DNA of 64,000 bases from Xanthobacteraceae bacterium (GTDB taxonomy: Bacteria > Pseudomonadota > Alphaproteobacteria > Rhizobiales > Xanthobacteraceae): assembly GCA_019635635.1 (NCBI GenBank), contig JAHBZB010000002.1:517204-581203 (forward strand). Reading direction: 5' to 3'. Position numbers and translations under genes: made by a program. Below, piece after piece: positions 38,024 through 47,187 of this stretch. The notes under the pieces were generated by a model. The model did not search any database. It was not told where the DNA came from and saw only the letters and a program-made list of their open reading frames with translations. Position 1 is the first letter of the stretch; each line of letters starts with the position of its first letter.

Positions 38024-38488
38024 ATGCGGCTCGAATATTTCGAGCTCGTCGACAAGATCGAAGAGCTGAATCTCGCCGAAGGCCGCATTCTCGCGCTGGG
38101 TAACGTTCCCGCCGCGAGCCCCGTATTCGAGGGTCACTTCCCCGGCCATCCGCTGGTGCCCGGCGTCCTGTTCGTCGAGTTCATGGCGCAAACCTCCGGC
38201 TGGCTCTTGCTCGGCCGGCTGAATTTCGAGCGCATGGCGTTTCTCGCTTCGGTCAAAGAGGCGAAGATGCGCAACTTCGTGCAGCCGAATACTCCGCTAC
38301 TCGCCGAAGCCCGGATCGAACACGAAGGCTCCGGTTACGGCATCACCAACTGCAAGGTGACTAAGCACGACGGCACGCCGGTCGCGGACGCGACCATCAC
38401 GCTTCGTATCATGCCCTTCCCTTCTTCCGAATTTTCCGACGCCATGCGCGCCCGCGCGCGCAAGGTCGGCTTTACGATTCCTGCGTGA
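38024..38488 (+). CDS. fabZXL: 3-hydroxyacyl-ACP dehydratase FabZXL
   Basis: Hot-dog fold motif FEGHFPGHPLVPGVL. Position after acpXL. Confidence 0.9.
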   Translation: MRLEYFELVDKIEELNLAEGRILALGNVPAASPVFEGHFPGHPLVPGVLFVEFMAQTSGWLLLGRLNFERMAFLASVKEAKMRNFVQPNTPLLAEARIEHEGSGYGITNCKVTKHDGTPVADATITLRIMPFPSSEFSDAMRARARKVGFTIPA

Positions 38489-39678
38489 GTGTAATGGATA
38501 CGAGCCGCGAAACCTGGATCACCGGCATTGGCCTGCTCTCTTCGCTCGGCGAAGGGATCGAGACGCATCGCGCGCGGCTCAACTCCGGCGATGTGCCGGT
38601 CACCGAGCCGAATACCTTTCCAAGCTTTCTGTTTCATCCGCTCGGGCCGGTCGATTTCGACAAGCAGATTCCGAAGAAAGGCGATCAGCGTCAGATGGAG
38701 CTGTGGCAGCGGATCGGCACCTATACCGCGGGGCTGGCGCTCACTGACGCGGGCGTCGCCGGCAACCAGGAAATTCTGAAGAAGATCGACATGATCGTCG
38801 CGGCTGCCGGTGGCGAGCGCGACGTGAAGGTCGACGCCTCCATTGCCGATGAACTGCGCACCGCAAACAATCCGGAAGCGAAGCTGAACGAGCGGCTGCA
38901 GAGCGAATTGCGCCCTACCCTCTTTCTCGCGCAGCTCTCCAATCTTCTCGCCGGTAATATCTCGATCGTTCACGGCGTGGTCGGTTCGTCCCGCACCTTC
39001 ATGGGCGAGGAAGGCTCCGGCGTACAGGCAGTGCAGACCGCGCATGCGCGCATCCGCGCCGGTCAGAGCGAGATCGCACTCGTCGGCGGCGCCTATAACG
39101 CCGCGCGGCCGGACATGCTCGGCCTGTGGGAATTCGCGAAGATGCATTATCGCGACGAATACAAGCCGGTATTCGCGCCGGGCCGGAAAGCCGGCATGGC
39201 GACCGGTACGGGCAGCTGCTTTCTGGTTCTGGAATCGCGCAAGCACGCGGAAGCACGCGGCGCGAAACCGATCGCAAAAATCACTTATGTGCAGTCGGCA
39301 CGCGCCAAGCGCGATCCGGGCGGCGTGCGCGAAACCGTGGCGACGCTGATCGAGAACGCGAAGCAGCACGCGCACGGCGCAGGCGCGATTTATACGAGTG
39401 CCACTGGCGTCGAACCGGTCACGAGCGAGGAAGCCGAAGCGCTCAAAGCAGCCGGACTTCCGGTTCGCGCGGTGGTGAGCCGCATCGGGCAGACGTTCGA
39501 GTCCATGTTTCCCTTTGGCATCGCGTTTGCCGCACTTGCCGTCGCAGACGGCAAACTCGCGGCAGCCATGCCGAATGTGCCGCTCGAAAGCGCAGGCATG
39601 GATGGCGTAAAGTCGATCATCGTCTCAACAGTCGGCCACTGGCGCGGCGAAGGCGTCGGCATCGTCGAAGCGATCTAG
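38485..39678 (+). CDS. fabF2XL: Beta-ketoacyl-ACP synthase-like protein FabF2XL, lacking the Cys-His-His triad
   Basis: Thiolase-fold KS homology, but MGEEGSG replaces the ATACxSG active-site loop. GTG at 38485 or ATG at 38494 could be the start. Confidence 0.85.
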   Translation: MSVMDTSRETWITGIGLLSSLGEGIETHRARLNSGDVPVTEPNTFPSFLFHPLGPVDFDKQIPKKGDQRQMELWQRIGTYTAGLALTDAGVAGNQEILKKIDMIVAAAGGERDVKVDASIADELRTANNPEAKLNERLQSELRPTLFLAQLSNLLAGNISIVHGVVGSSRTFMGEEGSGVQAVQTAHARIRAGQSEIALVGGAYNAARPDMLGLWEFAKMHYRDEYKPVFAPGRKAGMATGTGSCFLVLESRKHAEARGAKPIAKITYVQSARAKRDPGGVRETVATLIENAKQHAHGAGAIYTSATGVEPVTSEEAEALKAAGLPVRAVVSRIGQTFESMFPFGIAFAALAVADGKLAAAMPNVPLESAGMDGVKSIIVSTVGHWRGEGVGIVEAI

Positions 39679-39688
39679 CGAGGTTGTC

Positions 39689-40972
39689 ATGGCGAATAAC
39701 TTCAAGGATTCCGCAGGCCGCCCCATCGTCGTCGTTACCGGCATGGGCGTGGTCAGTTCGCTCGGCCAGGGCAAGGACGACAACTGGAAGAAGCTGACGG
39801 CGGGTGTCTCCGGCATCCACCGCATCAAACGCTTCCCGCTCGACGGTTTGCGCACCACGATCGCAGGCACCGTGGATTATCTGTTCGACAAGCCAGTGAG
39901 CGCTCCCGAACTCTCGGAGCGCCTCGGCACGCTGGCTATCGAAGAAGCGGTCGCGCAATCCGGCATCGGTTCGAAGGGAAATTTTCCGGGGCCGCTGTTC
40001 TGCGCGGTCGCGCCGGTCGAGATGGAGTGGCCCCAGCGCCGCGCGCTTGCGGCGGAAGCCGATCCCGCGAAGCCCTACACGCCGGAAGTCGCGCTCGAAA
40101 TTTCCGCGCGCGGCGAGCATCCGGCGTGGCACGAGCTTTTCCTCTACGGCACCGTCGCCGATCATCTCGCGGATAAATTCGGCACCAAGGGCATGCCGAT
40201 TTCACTCTCGACGGCATGCGCGTCCGGCGGCACCGCGATCCAGCTCGGTCTTGAAGCGATCCGCCGCGGCGATTGCGACGCGGCACTCGCGGTCGCGACC
40301 GACGGCTCGGTGCATGCCGAAGCGTTGATCCGCTTCTCGCTCCTTTCCGCGCTATCGACGCAGAACGATCCGCCGGAGCAGGCGTCGAAGCCGTTCTCGA
40401 AGAACCGCGACGGATTCGTGATGGCGGAAGGCGCCGGTGCGCTCGTGCTCGAAAGCCTCGAGCATGCGGTCGGCCGCGGCGCGAAGATTCTCGGCGTGGT
40501 TGCAGGCTGCGGCGAGGTCGCCGACAGCTTCCACCGCACACGCTCGAGCCCGGACGGCAAGCCTGTGATCGCCTGCATGCATCAGGCCCTCGCCGATTCC
40601 GGCATGAATACCGACGACATCGATCATATCAACGCACACGGCACCTCCACGCCGGAAAACGACAAGATGGAAACGAATTGCGTGATGGCCGTGTTCGGCG
40701 AGCGCGCAAAAGAGATTCCGATCTCGTCGAACAAGTCGATGATCGGTCACACGCTGACCGCCGCCGGCGCGATCGAGGCAATCGTGTCGCTGCTCACGAT
40801 CCAGCATCAGCGCATTCCGCCGACGATCAACTACACGATGCCGGATCCGACGATTCAGCTGAACGTGATCGGCAACACGGCGCGCGACGCGAAGGTGCGC
40901 ACCGTGCTTTCCAATTCCTTCGGCTTCGGCGGGCAGAACGTGAGCCTCGTGCTTGCGGGAGAACCGGTTTGA
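39689..40972 (+). CDS. fabF1XL: Beta-ketoacyl-ACP synthase II FabF1XL
   Basis: Active-site motifs STACASGG, NAHGTSTPENDK and NKSMIGHTLTAAG are all present. Confidence 0.92.
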   Translation: MANNFKDSAGRPIVVVTGMGVVSSLGQGKDDNWKKLTAGVSGIHRIKRFPLDGLRTTIAGTVDYLFDKPVSAPELSERLGTLAIEEAVAQSGIGSKGNFPGPLFCAVAPVEMEWPQRRALAAEADPAKPYTPEVALEISARGEHPAWHELFLYGTVADHLADKFGTKGMPISLSTACASGGTAIQLGLEAIRRGDCDAALAVATDGSVHAEALIRFSLLSALSTQNDPPEQASKPFSKNRDGFVMAEGAGALVLESLEHAVGRGAKILGVVAGCGEVADSFHRTRSSPDGKPVIACMHQALADSGMNTDDIDHINAHGTSTPENDKMETNCVMAVFGERAKEIPISSNKSMIGHTLTAAGAIEAIVSLLTIQHQRIPPTINYTMPDPTIQLNVIGNTARDAKVRTVLSNSFGFGGQNVSLVLAGEPV

Positions 40973-41712
40973 GCAAGCCGCGCCGCGTTCTGGTCACCGG
41001 CGGCGGCCGGGGCCTCGGCGCACAGATCGTGCGAGAGCTTGCGGCCGCGGGCCACGAAGTCGTCTTCACCTATCGCAGCGCGAACGCGGAAGCTGATGCG
41101 CTGATCAAGGAAGTCGGCGGCAAGGTTTCCGCGAAGCCGGTCGATCTCGCCGACGAACAGGCGGTCGAGAAATTCGCCGCCGAACTTGAGGGCGAAGCTG
41201 CCCTCTCCGGCTTCGTGCACAACGCCGGCATGAGCTATGACGCGCTTGCCGCGGTGATGAAGATTTCCGAAGCCGAGAAAGTGATGCGCGTGAATTTCTG
41301 GTCGTTCGTGCGCCTTTCGCAGGCACTCGTGCGCCCGATGACGCGCGCGCGCGACGGGCGGATCGTCGTGATCGGCTCGCTGGCCGCACTTCACGCTAAT
41401 GTCGGCAACGGCGCCTATGGCGCGTCGAAGGCGGCGTTGTTCGCCTTCGCTCGAACGCTCGCGACCGAGACCGCGCGGCGCGGCGTCACCGTCAACTACA
41501 TCGCGCCGGGCTTTCTCGACACCGAGATGCTCACGCCCTACGCGCAGTTTCGCGACAAACTCGAAGGCGGCATTCCCGCCGGACGCCTCGGCCAGCCGGC
41601 GGACGTCGCGGGGCTGGTCGCGTTCCTGATGTCGCCCGCCGCCGCCTATATCACCGGCGCGGTGCTGCCGGTTGACGGCGGCCTCTCCGCTGGCCTAGGC
41701 GTCCAGCGCTAA
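40969..41712 (+). CDS. SDR family 3-oxoacyl-ACP reductase-like (FabG-like) protein
   Basis: Motifs TGGGRGLG and YGASKAAL. TTG start overlaps the fabF1XL stop (TTGA). Confidence 0.8.
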   Translation: MSKPRRVLVTGGGRGLGAQIVRELAAAGHEVVFTYRSANAEADALIKEVGGKVSAKPVDLADEQAVEKFAAELEGEAALSGFVHNAGMSYDALAAVMKISEAEKVMRVNFWSFVRLSQALVRPMTRARDGRIVVIGSLAALHANVGNGAYGASKAALFAFARTLATETARRGVTVNYIAPGFLDTEMLTPYAQFRDKLEGGIPAGRLGQPADVAGLVAFLMSPAAAYITGAVLPVDGGLSAGLGVQR

Positions 41713-41736
41713 TTCACTTTCACAGCCGGACTGGAT

Positions 41737-42765
41737 TTGCCCATGCGTGCGTTGCGTCTGCTTGGTGACCGCAAGCTCGAAATTTCGGAAGTCGAGGCGC
41801 CCGCCGCGCCCGGCCCGGGAGAAGTGCAGATCAGGACGCATGCGGTTGCACTCAATCACATCGACGTCTGGGGCTGGCGCGGCATGGCCTTCGCCAAGCG
41901 CAAGATGCCGCTCGTGGTCGGCGCGGAAGCCTCCGGCGAAATCGCGGCGGTCGGCGAAGGCGTTACCGGTTTCAAGGCCGGCGACCCGGTCGTGCCCTAT
42001 GGCGCGCTGACCTGCGGGCATTGCGCGCGATGCAAAAAGGGCCGCGACAATCTTTGCGAAAACGTGCAGGGCCTCGCCGGCTTTCACGTCGATGGCTATG
42101 CGCAGGACCTCTACAACTGGCCCGCGCGACTGGCGATCAAGGTACCGAAGGGCGTGTCACCCTCGGACGCCTCCTGTGCGCCGCTCACCTTCGCCACCGT
42201 CGAGCACATGTTCTTCGACAACGCGAAACTCGAGCCGGGCGAAGTCGTGCTGGTGCAGGCCGGAGGCTCCGGCATTGGATCGGCTGCGATCAAGCTCGCG
42301 AAAGCGATCGGCTGCACGGTCTACACGACCGTCGGCGACGACGAGAAGGCCGCGAAAGCGAAAGCGCTCGGCGCCGACGAAGTCATCAACTACCGCAAGG
42401 ATCGCTTCGAAGGTGTCGTGCGCAAGCTGACCAAGAAAAAAGGCGTCGATGTCGTGTTCGAGCACACGGGCGCCGAAACCTGGAACGGCTCGCTCCTGTC
42501 GATGAAGAAAGGCGGGCGTCTCGTCACCTGCGGCTCGACCTCCGGGCCGACGGTGCAGATGAACCTGATGCAGCTATTCCAGCAGCAATACAAAATCTTC
42601 GGCTCATTCGGTTTCACCATCAAGAACGTGGCTGACGCGCTTGCGAAGATCGCGAGCGGCATCTCGCCGGTGATCGACACCGAACTGCCGCTTGCCGAGT
42701 TCGAGAAGGGTCTCGAGCGGCTCGAGAGCCGCCGCGTGTTCGGCAAGATCGTGGTCCGTTTCTGA
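41737..42765 (+). CDS. adhA2XL: Zinc-binding MDR-family dehydrogenase (AdhA2XL-type)
   Basis: MDR motifs (GAEASGEIAAVGEGV, CGHCARCKKGRDNLC, QAGGSGIGSAAI). Position in the acpXL cluster. Confidence 0.85.
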   Translation: MPMRALRLLGDRKLEISEVEAPAAPGPGEVQIRTHAVALNHIDVWGWRGMAFAKRKMPLVVGAEASGEIAAVGEGVTGFKAGDPVVPYGALTCGHCARCKKGRDNLCENVQGLAGFHVDGYAQDLYNWPARLAIKVPKGVSPSDASCAPLTFATVEHMFFDNAKLEPGEVVLVQAGGSGIGSAAIKLAKAIGCTVYTTVGDDEKAAKAKALGADEVINYRKDRFEGVVRKLTKKKGVDVVFEHTGAETWNGSLLSMKKGGRLVTCGSTSGPTVQMNLMQLFQQQYKIFGSFGFTIKNVADALAKIASGISPVIDTELPLAEFEKGLERLESRRVFGKIVVRF

Positions 42766-42767
42766 CG

Positions 42768-43751
42768 ATGGGCCTGCCGTTCAAGGTCAAGTTCTACTAC
42801 TGGATCAAGACCAATCCGGTCGGCATCGCATTCTGGCGCGCGATGCAAGGTCCGATCGCGGTCTATTCGCGAATCCGCGACTTCTTCGTCTGGTTGATCG
42901 TGCGTGCGCTGGTCGCGATTCTCCGTGCGCTCGGCACAGACCGCTCCTCGAATCTCGCGGGCCGCGCCGCACGATGGCTGGGGCCGAAATTATCGAATTC
43001 GAAAATTGCACGCGCGAACCTGAAAGCCTCGTTTCCCGAAAAGTCCGGCGAAGAGATCGAGGAGATCGTTCGCGGAGTTTGGGAAAATCTGGGCCGGGTC
43101 GCCGGCGAGTTCGTTCACCTGCCGAAGATGTGGGACTTCGATCCCGACAAGCCTAACGCGGGCCGGATCGAATTCACGCCGCGCACGGCGGAGCTTTACA
43201 ACCTGCTGCGCGACGACGGAAAGCCCGCGATCTTTGTCTCCGCGCATCTAGCCAACTGGGAATTGCCCGCGGTCGCGGCTTTCGCCCATGGGCTCGATAC
43301 CTCGGTGGTCTATAAGGCGCCGACCAACCGCGGCTTTGCCGAACTCGTGCGCGAAACCCGCACCGGGGCGATGGCTGACCTCATCAGTTCGGATCGGCAC
43401 TCCGTCTTCGCGATGACGAAGGTGCTGGAAGAAGGCCGCCACCTCGGCCTCGTGGTCGACCAACATTTCGGCGGGGGCGTGCCGGTCACGATGTTCGGCA
43501 GAAAGGCTTTTGCGAGCCCCCTGCCCGCGCGGCTCGCGCGCAACGTCGATTGTCCAGTTCATGCGGTGCGCGCGGTGCGGCTGCCCGGTAACCGCTTCCG
43601 CATGGAACTGACGGAAGAATTGCAGTTGCCGCGCGACGCCGAAGGCAAGGTCGATATCAACGCCGCGACGCAGAAGATTTCCGACGTATTCGAAGGCTGG
43701 ATCCGCGAAACGCCGGAACAGTGGCTCTGGCTGCACCGCCGCTGGCGGTGA
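42768..43751 (+). CDS. lpxXL: Lipid A very-long-chain acyltransferase LpxXL (LpxL/HtrB family)
   Basis: Lauroyl/myristoyl acyltransferase family (SAHLANWE, PEQWLWLHRRW). Last gene of the acpXL cluster. Confidence 0.88.
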   Translation: MGLPFKVKFYYWIKTNPVGIAFWRAMQGPIAVYSRIRDFFVWLIVRALVAILRALGTDRSSNLAGRAARWLGPKLSNSKIARANLKASFPEKSGEEIEEIVRGVWENLGRVAGEFVHLPKMWDFDPDKPNAGRIEFTPRTAELYNLLRDDGKPAIFVSAHLANWELPAVAAFAHGLDTSVVYKAPTNRGFAELVRETRTGAMADLISSDRHSVFAMTKVLEEGRHLGLVVDQHFGGGVPVTMFGRKAFASPLPARLARNVDCPVHAVRAVRLPGNRFRMELTEELQLPRDAEGKVDINAATQKISDVFEGWIRETPEQWLWLHRRWR

Positions 43752-43757
43752 ACACCC

Positions 43758-44864
43758 TCAGCGTCCGGTTTTTACGCGCGTCCAGACCCGCGTCACCGTC
43801 CGCTGCAACTGCGGCGGATAAGGCGTCACCGTATAGAGGCGCTTGAACACCTCCGCGGGCGGATAGATCGCCGGGTTGTCGAGAATTTCCTTATCGACCG
43901 ACTTTTGCGAAGCGAGGTTGCCGTTGGCATAGGCAACCGTATTGGTGTTTCGCGCGGCGATGTCAGGGCGCATCATGAAATTGATAAATGCGTAAGCCGT
44001 TTCCGGGTTCGGCGCGTCTTTCGGAATAGAGAAAGAGTCGAACCAGATCTGTGCGCCTTCTTTCGGCACGACGTATTCGATGTCGACCAGCGGCTTCTTG
44101 GTTTTCTCCGCCGCTTCCTTCGCGCGCGCTTTTGCCTGAAACACGTCGCCCGACCAGCCGACGACAAGACAGATTTCTCCATTCGCAAGCGCGTTGATGT
44201 ATTCGGAGGAGTGGAATTTCTGGATATAGGGCCGCAGCTTCAGAAGTAACTCGCCCGCCTTTTCGATGTCGGCGGCGTTTTTCGAATCCGGATCAAGGCC
44301 GAGATATTTCAGCGCCGCCGGAATCAATTCTTCCGCGGTATCGAGCACATGCACGCCGCAGCTTTTCAGCTTGGCGAGATTTTCCGGCTTGAAGAAAATG
44401 TCCCAGCTGTCGATCGGCGCGTCGCCCAAGCGTTCCTTCACCTTCGCGACATTGTAGCCGATGCCGGTGGTGCCCCACATATAGTTCACGGCGTATTCGT
44501 TGCCGGGATCGTAGGCGGCGAGACGCTGCGTGATTTCCGGCCAGGCGTTCTTCAGATTCGGCAGCTTCGACTTGTCGAGCTTCTGGAATACGCCGACAGA
44601 GAGCAGCCGGCGCAGCACGGTCGAACCCGGCACGACGACATCGTAGCCCGTTTTTCCCGCGAGCAGCTTCGCTTCCACGATCTCGTTCGAGTCGAAGGTG
44701 TCGTAGCGCACCTTGATGCCGGTCTCTTTCGTGAAATCTTCGAGCACCTTCGGGTCGATATAGTCCGACCAGTTGAAGACGTTGACCACGCGCTCTTGCG
44801 CGCCCGCCACGCCCGCGAGAAGCGCGAAGGCAATCGCCGCCGATTTTAGAATCCGGAAGTCCAT
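43758..44864 (-). CDS. Polyamine (putrescine/spermidine) ABC transporter periplasmic binding protein, PotF/PotD-like
   Basis: Signal peptide and motifs VNVFNWSDYIDP and WGTTGIGYN. No cognate permease or ATPase genes are adjacent. Confidence 0.85.
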   Translation of the reverse strand: MDFRILKSAAIAFALLAGVAGAQERVVNVFNWSDYIDPKVLEDFTKETGIKVRYDTFDSNEIVEAKLLAGKTGYDVVVPGSTVLRRLLSVGVFQKLDKSKLPNLKNAWPEITQRLAAYDPGNEYAVNYMWGTTGIGYNVAKVKERLGDAPIDSWDIFFKPENLAKLKSCGVHVLDTAEELIPAALKYLGLDPDSKNAADIEKAGELLLKLRPYIQKFHSSEYINALANGEICLVVGWSGDVFQAKARAKEAAEKTKKPLVDIEYVVPKEGAQIWFDSFSIPKDAPNPETAYAFINFMMRPDIAARNTNTVAYANGNLASQKSVDKEILDNPAIYPPAEVFKRLYTVTPYPPQLQRTVTRVWTRVKTGR

Positions 44865-44941
44865 CGAAGCCGTCCCCGAGAAATTTTCGCGGGGACGTTA
44901 GTCGGCAATCGGAGACTTCTCAACTACGCGGAAACGCCGGA

Positions 44942-45268
44942 TCAACCGTTTTCGGTCTCGTAACCGGCTGCCTTCCAAGCGAGCAAACCGCCTGCCATAT
45001 GCTCGCGATACGGCAGGCCGGCGGCCTGTGCCGCTTGGGAGGCGGCCACCGACCGGCGGCCGGAACGGCACGAAAACACCAGCCGCTTGCCCTGCGGATC
45101 GGGCAAGGCCGCCGGATCGAATACGGATAGCGGCATTTCGATCGCGCCAGGAATACGCTCGACGGCGGTTTCGTTCGGCTCGCGCACATCGACGAGCAGG
45201 ATCGAGCCGTCTTCGAGACCGGCTTTTACTTCCTCGACGCTCAGATCTTTGACTGCCGGCTCGGACAT
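44942..45268 (-). CDS. Single-domain rhodanese (sulfurtransferase-like) protein
   Basis: Rhodanese motifs LVDVREPNE and active-site loop CRSGRRS. Confidence 0.85.
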   Translation of the reverse strand: MSEPAVKDLSVEEVKAGLEDGSILLVDVREPNETAVERIPGAIEMPLSVFDPAALPDPQGKRLVFSCRSGRRSVAASQAAQAAGLPYREHMAGGLLAWKAAGYETENG

Positions 45269-45327
45269 GACGCGCTCCGCAATACGGGACGCGTTAGATG
45301 CGTCGGCCTGCTTCGGCGGTCAAGAGA

Positions 45328-46158
45328 TTACGGGCGGATATTCGGCGGAACGACCGGCGCTTCTTTCATCAGCGTGATGGTCACGCGGCGGTTCGCCGCC
45401 ATATAGGGGTCTTCCGGGAATAGCGGATCGCTGTCAGCGCGGCCCGCGACCATGCCGATTTGCTGCACGCGCACGCCCGCGGACTGCAAAATCTGGCGCA
45501 CGGCATTGGCACGATCGGCGGACAGATCGAACGCGCCGTAGTCGCCCTTCGGCGGCGTACGAAGTGCCGCGGTATGTCCGGTGATGATGACGCGGTTCGG
45601 CATCGCGCGGATCGTCTCCGCGATTTTTACAAGGAGCTTGCGCGTACGTTCATAGGGTTCTTTCGCGCCTTCCGGAAACATCGAGCGGCCGTCCTGGTCG
45701 ACGATCTCGATGTTCAGGCCTTCCTTGGTCTCGGTGAAAAGGATGTGCTTCGAGAGTTCGGCGATCTCCGGCAGGTCTTGCAATGCCTGGCGCAGGCTCG
45801 CGGCAGCCATCGCGAATTTGCGGTCGCGAATCTGGCGGAGGCCTTTCTGGAGGTCTTCGTCGTTCTCGTCTTTGCCCGGCGTTTCGCTGGTTTCTTCCGG
45901 ACGCACCTTCTTCGCGTTCTGCAACTTCGGCCGTACCGGAAGCCCGTCGACCTCGACCATGCCGGTGAAGCGCTGCTCGCGCTGCGTGCCGAAGGCATCG
46001 CGCAGCGAACCGGTCATCAGCTTCATCTTCTCTTTGTCCATGGTCGAATAGGCGGCGATCATGACGAAGAACGCCATCATCAGCGCCATCAAGTCGGCGA
46101 AGGTCACGAACCAGCCGTGACCTCCTGCATGACCACCATGTCTGCGTTTGACTGCCAT
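45328..46158 (-). CDS. motB: Flagellar-motor stator protein, MotB/PomB-like (OmpA-like C-terminal domain)
   Basis: N-terminal TM helix with the conserved Asp (WFVTFADLMALMMAFF). C-terminal OmpA/MotB peptidoglycan-binding motif (NRRVTI). Confidence 0.85.
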   Translation of the reverse strand: MAVKRRHGGHAGGHGWFVTFADLMALMMAFFVMIAAYSTMDKEKMKLMTGSLRDAFGTQREQRFTGMVEVDGLPVRPKLQNAKKVRPEETSETPGKDENDEDLQKGLRQIRDRKFAMAAASLRQALQDLPEIAELSKHILFTETKEGLNIEIVDQDGRSMFPEGAKEPYERTRKLLVKIAETIRAMPNRVIITGHTAALRTPPKGDYGAFDLSADRANAVRQILQSAGVRVQQIGMVAGRADSDPLFPEDPYMAANRRVTITLMKEAPVVPPNIRP

Positions 46159-46187
46159 GGACGAAACCGCTTCCTACGCCTGACGCA

Positions 46188-46958
46188 TCAGGCCGGCACG
46201 GCTTCCGCCGCGTGGTGATGCCGCTCCGGCAGGTAAGCCACCAGCATTTCGCGAACGATCGCCGGGCTCTTTGCTTCGCGGATCATCAGCACGCCGTCGA
46301 TGATCAACGTGCGATTGGTTTCTTCGTCGTGCAGCTTTACCTGCAACTTGTCCGCTATCGGCAAGCAGACGAGGTTCGCGAGCACCGCGCCGTAAAGTGT
46401 CGCGAGCAGCGCGATCGCCATATAGGGACCGAGCTTCGAAGGGTCGGACATATTCGCGAACATCTGCACCATGCCGATCAGCGTACCGACCATGCCGAAA
46501 GCCGGTGCGCAGTCGCCGATGGCGCGATAGATCTTCTGGCCTTCGTCGAGATGCATAAAGAAGGTTTCACGCTCGCGTTCCATCGCGTCGCGGATGAACG
46601 CCGCGTCGTAACCGTCGGCGACGTAGCGGATGCCCTTCGCGAGAAACGGATCGTCGACTTCTTCCTTCTCGAGACCGAGCGGGCCGGCCTTGCGGGCGAC
46701 TTCAGCGAGACGCGCGATCTCATCGACGAGTTCGAGCTGCGTCATGCGCCGCATCGTGAAGGCGTACTTCGCGCCGAGCGGCAGGCCATGGAGCATCGAT
46801 GAAAGCGGAAAACGGATGAGGGTCGCGGCAGCGGAGCCGCCGAAAATTACGATCGCGGCGTGGGAATCGACGAAGGTGCGGAGGTCACCGCCCATCAGGA
46901 TCAATGCGACGACGATAATCGACCCAAAAATCAGGCCGATGCCTGTTGTCAGATCCAT
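46188..46958 (-). CDS. motA: Flagellar-motor stator protein, MotA/PomA-like (MotA/TolQ/ExbB channel family)
   Basis: Four-TM topology. Conserved PAFGMVGTLIGMV and LATLYGAVLANL segments. Confidence 0.85.
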   Translation of the reverse strand: MDLTTGIGLIFGSIIVVALILMGGDLRTFVDSHAAIVIFGGSAAATLIRFPLSSMLHGLPLGAKYAFTMRRMTQLELVDEIARLAEVARKAGPLGLEKEEVDDPFLAKGIRYVADGYDAAFIRDAMERERETFFMHLDEGQKIYRAIGDCAPAFGMVGTLIGMVQMFANMSDPSKLGPYMAIALLATLYGAVLANLVCLPIADKLQVKLHDEETNRTLIIDGVLMIREAKSPAIVREMLVAYLPERHHHAAEAVPA

Positions 46959-47187
46959 CAGGGTTCTCCCATTACGCGCGGCCGTTCCTGGGCCGTCACT
47001 ACTGCTCGGTTCCCATGGTTAGCGGGGGGCGCCTAAGAAGGCGTTAAGTGCCCGGTTTTCCTGCGCCAAAGCCCTTGTCGTCTGCGGCCTTTCGCGGATC
47101 GGGGTGCTACGCTAGGACAATCCTAACGGTCCGTTAAAGATGGACGAAAGCAGCGGAAAACGCTGCGCTTTTCGGGAGGAAGCAAAC

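Noticed and set aside
47123-47138. CtrA box upstream of motA/pomA (minus strand TTAACGGACCGTTAGG)
   Set aside because: Only 7 of the 9 specified positions match (TTAA-N7-TTAGG), so it is not distinguishable from chance without comparative data.
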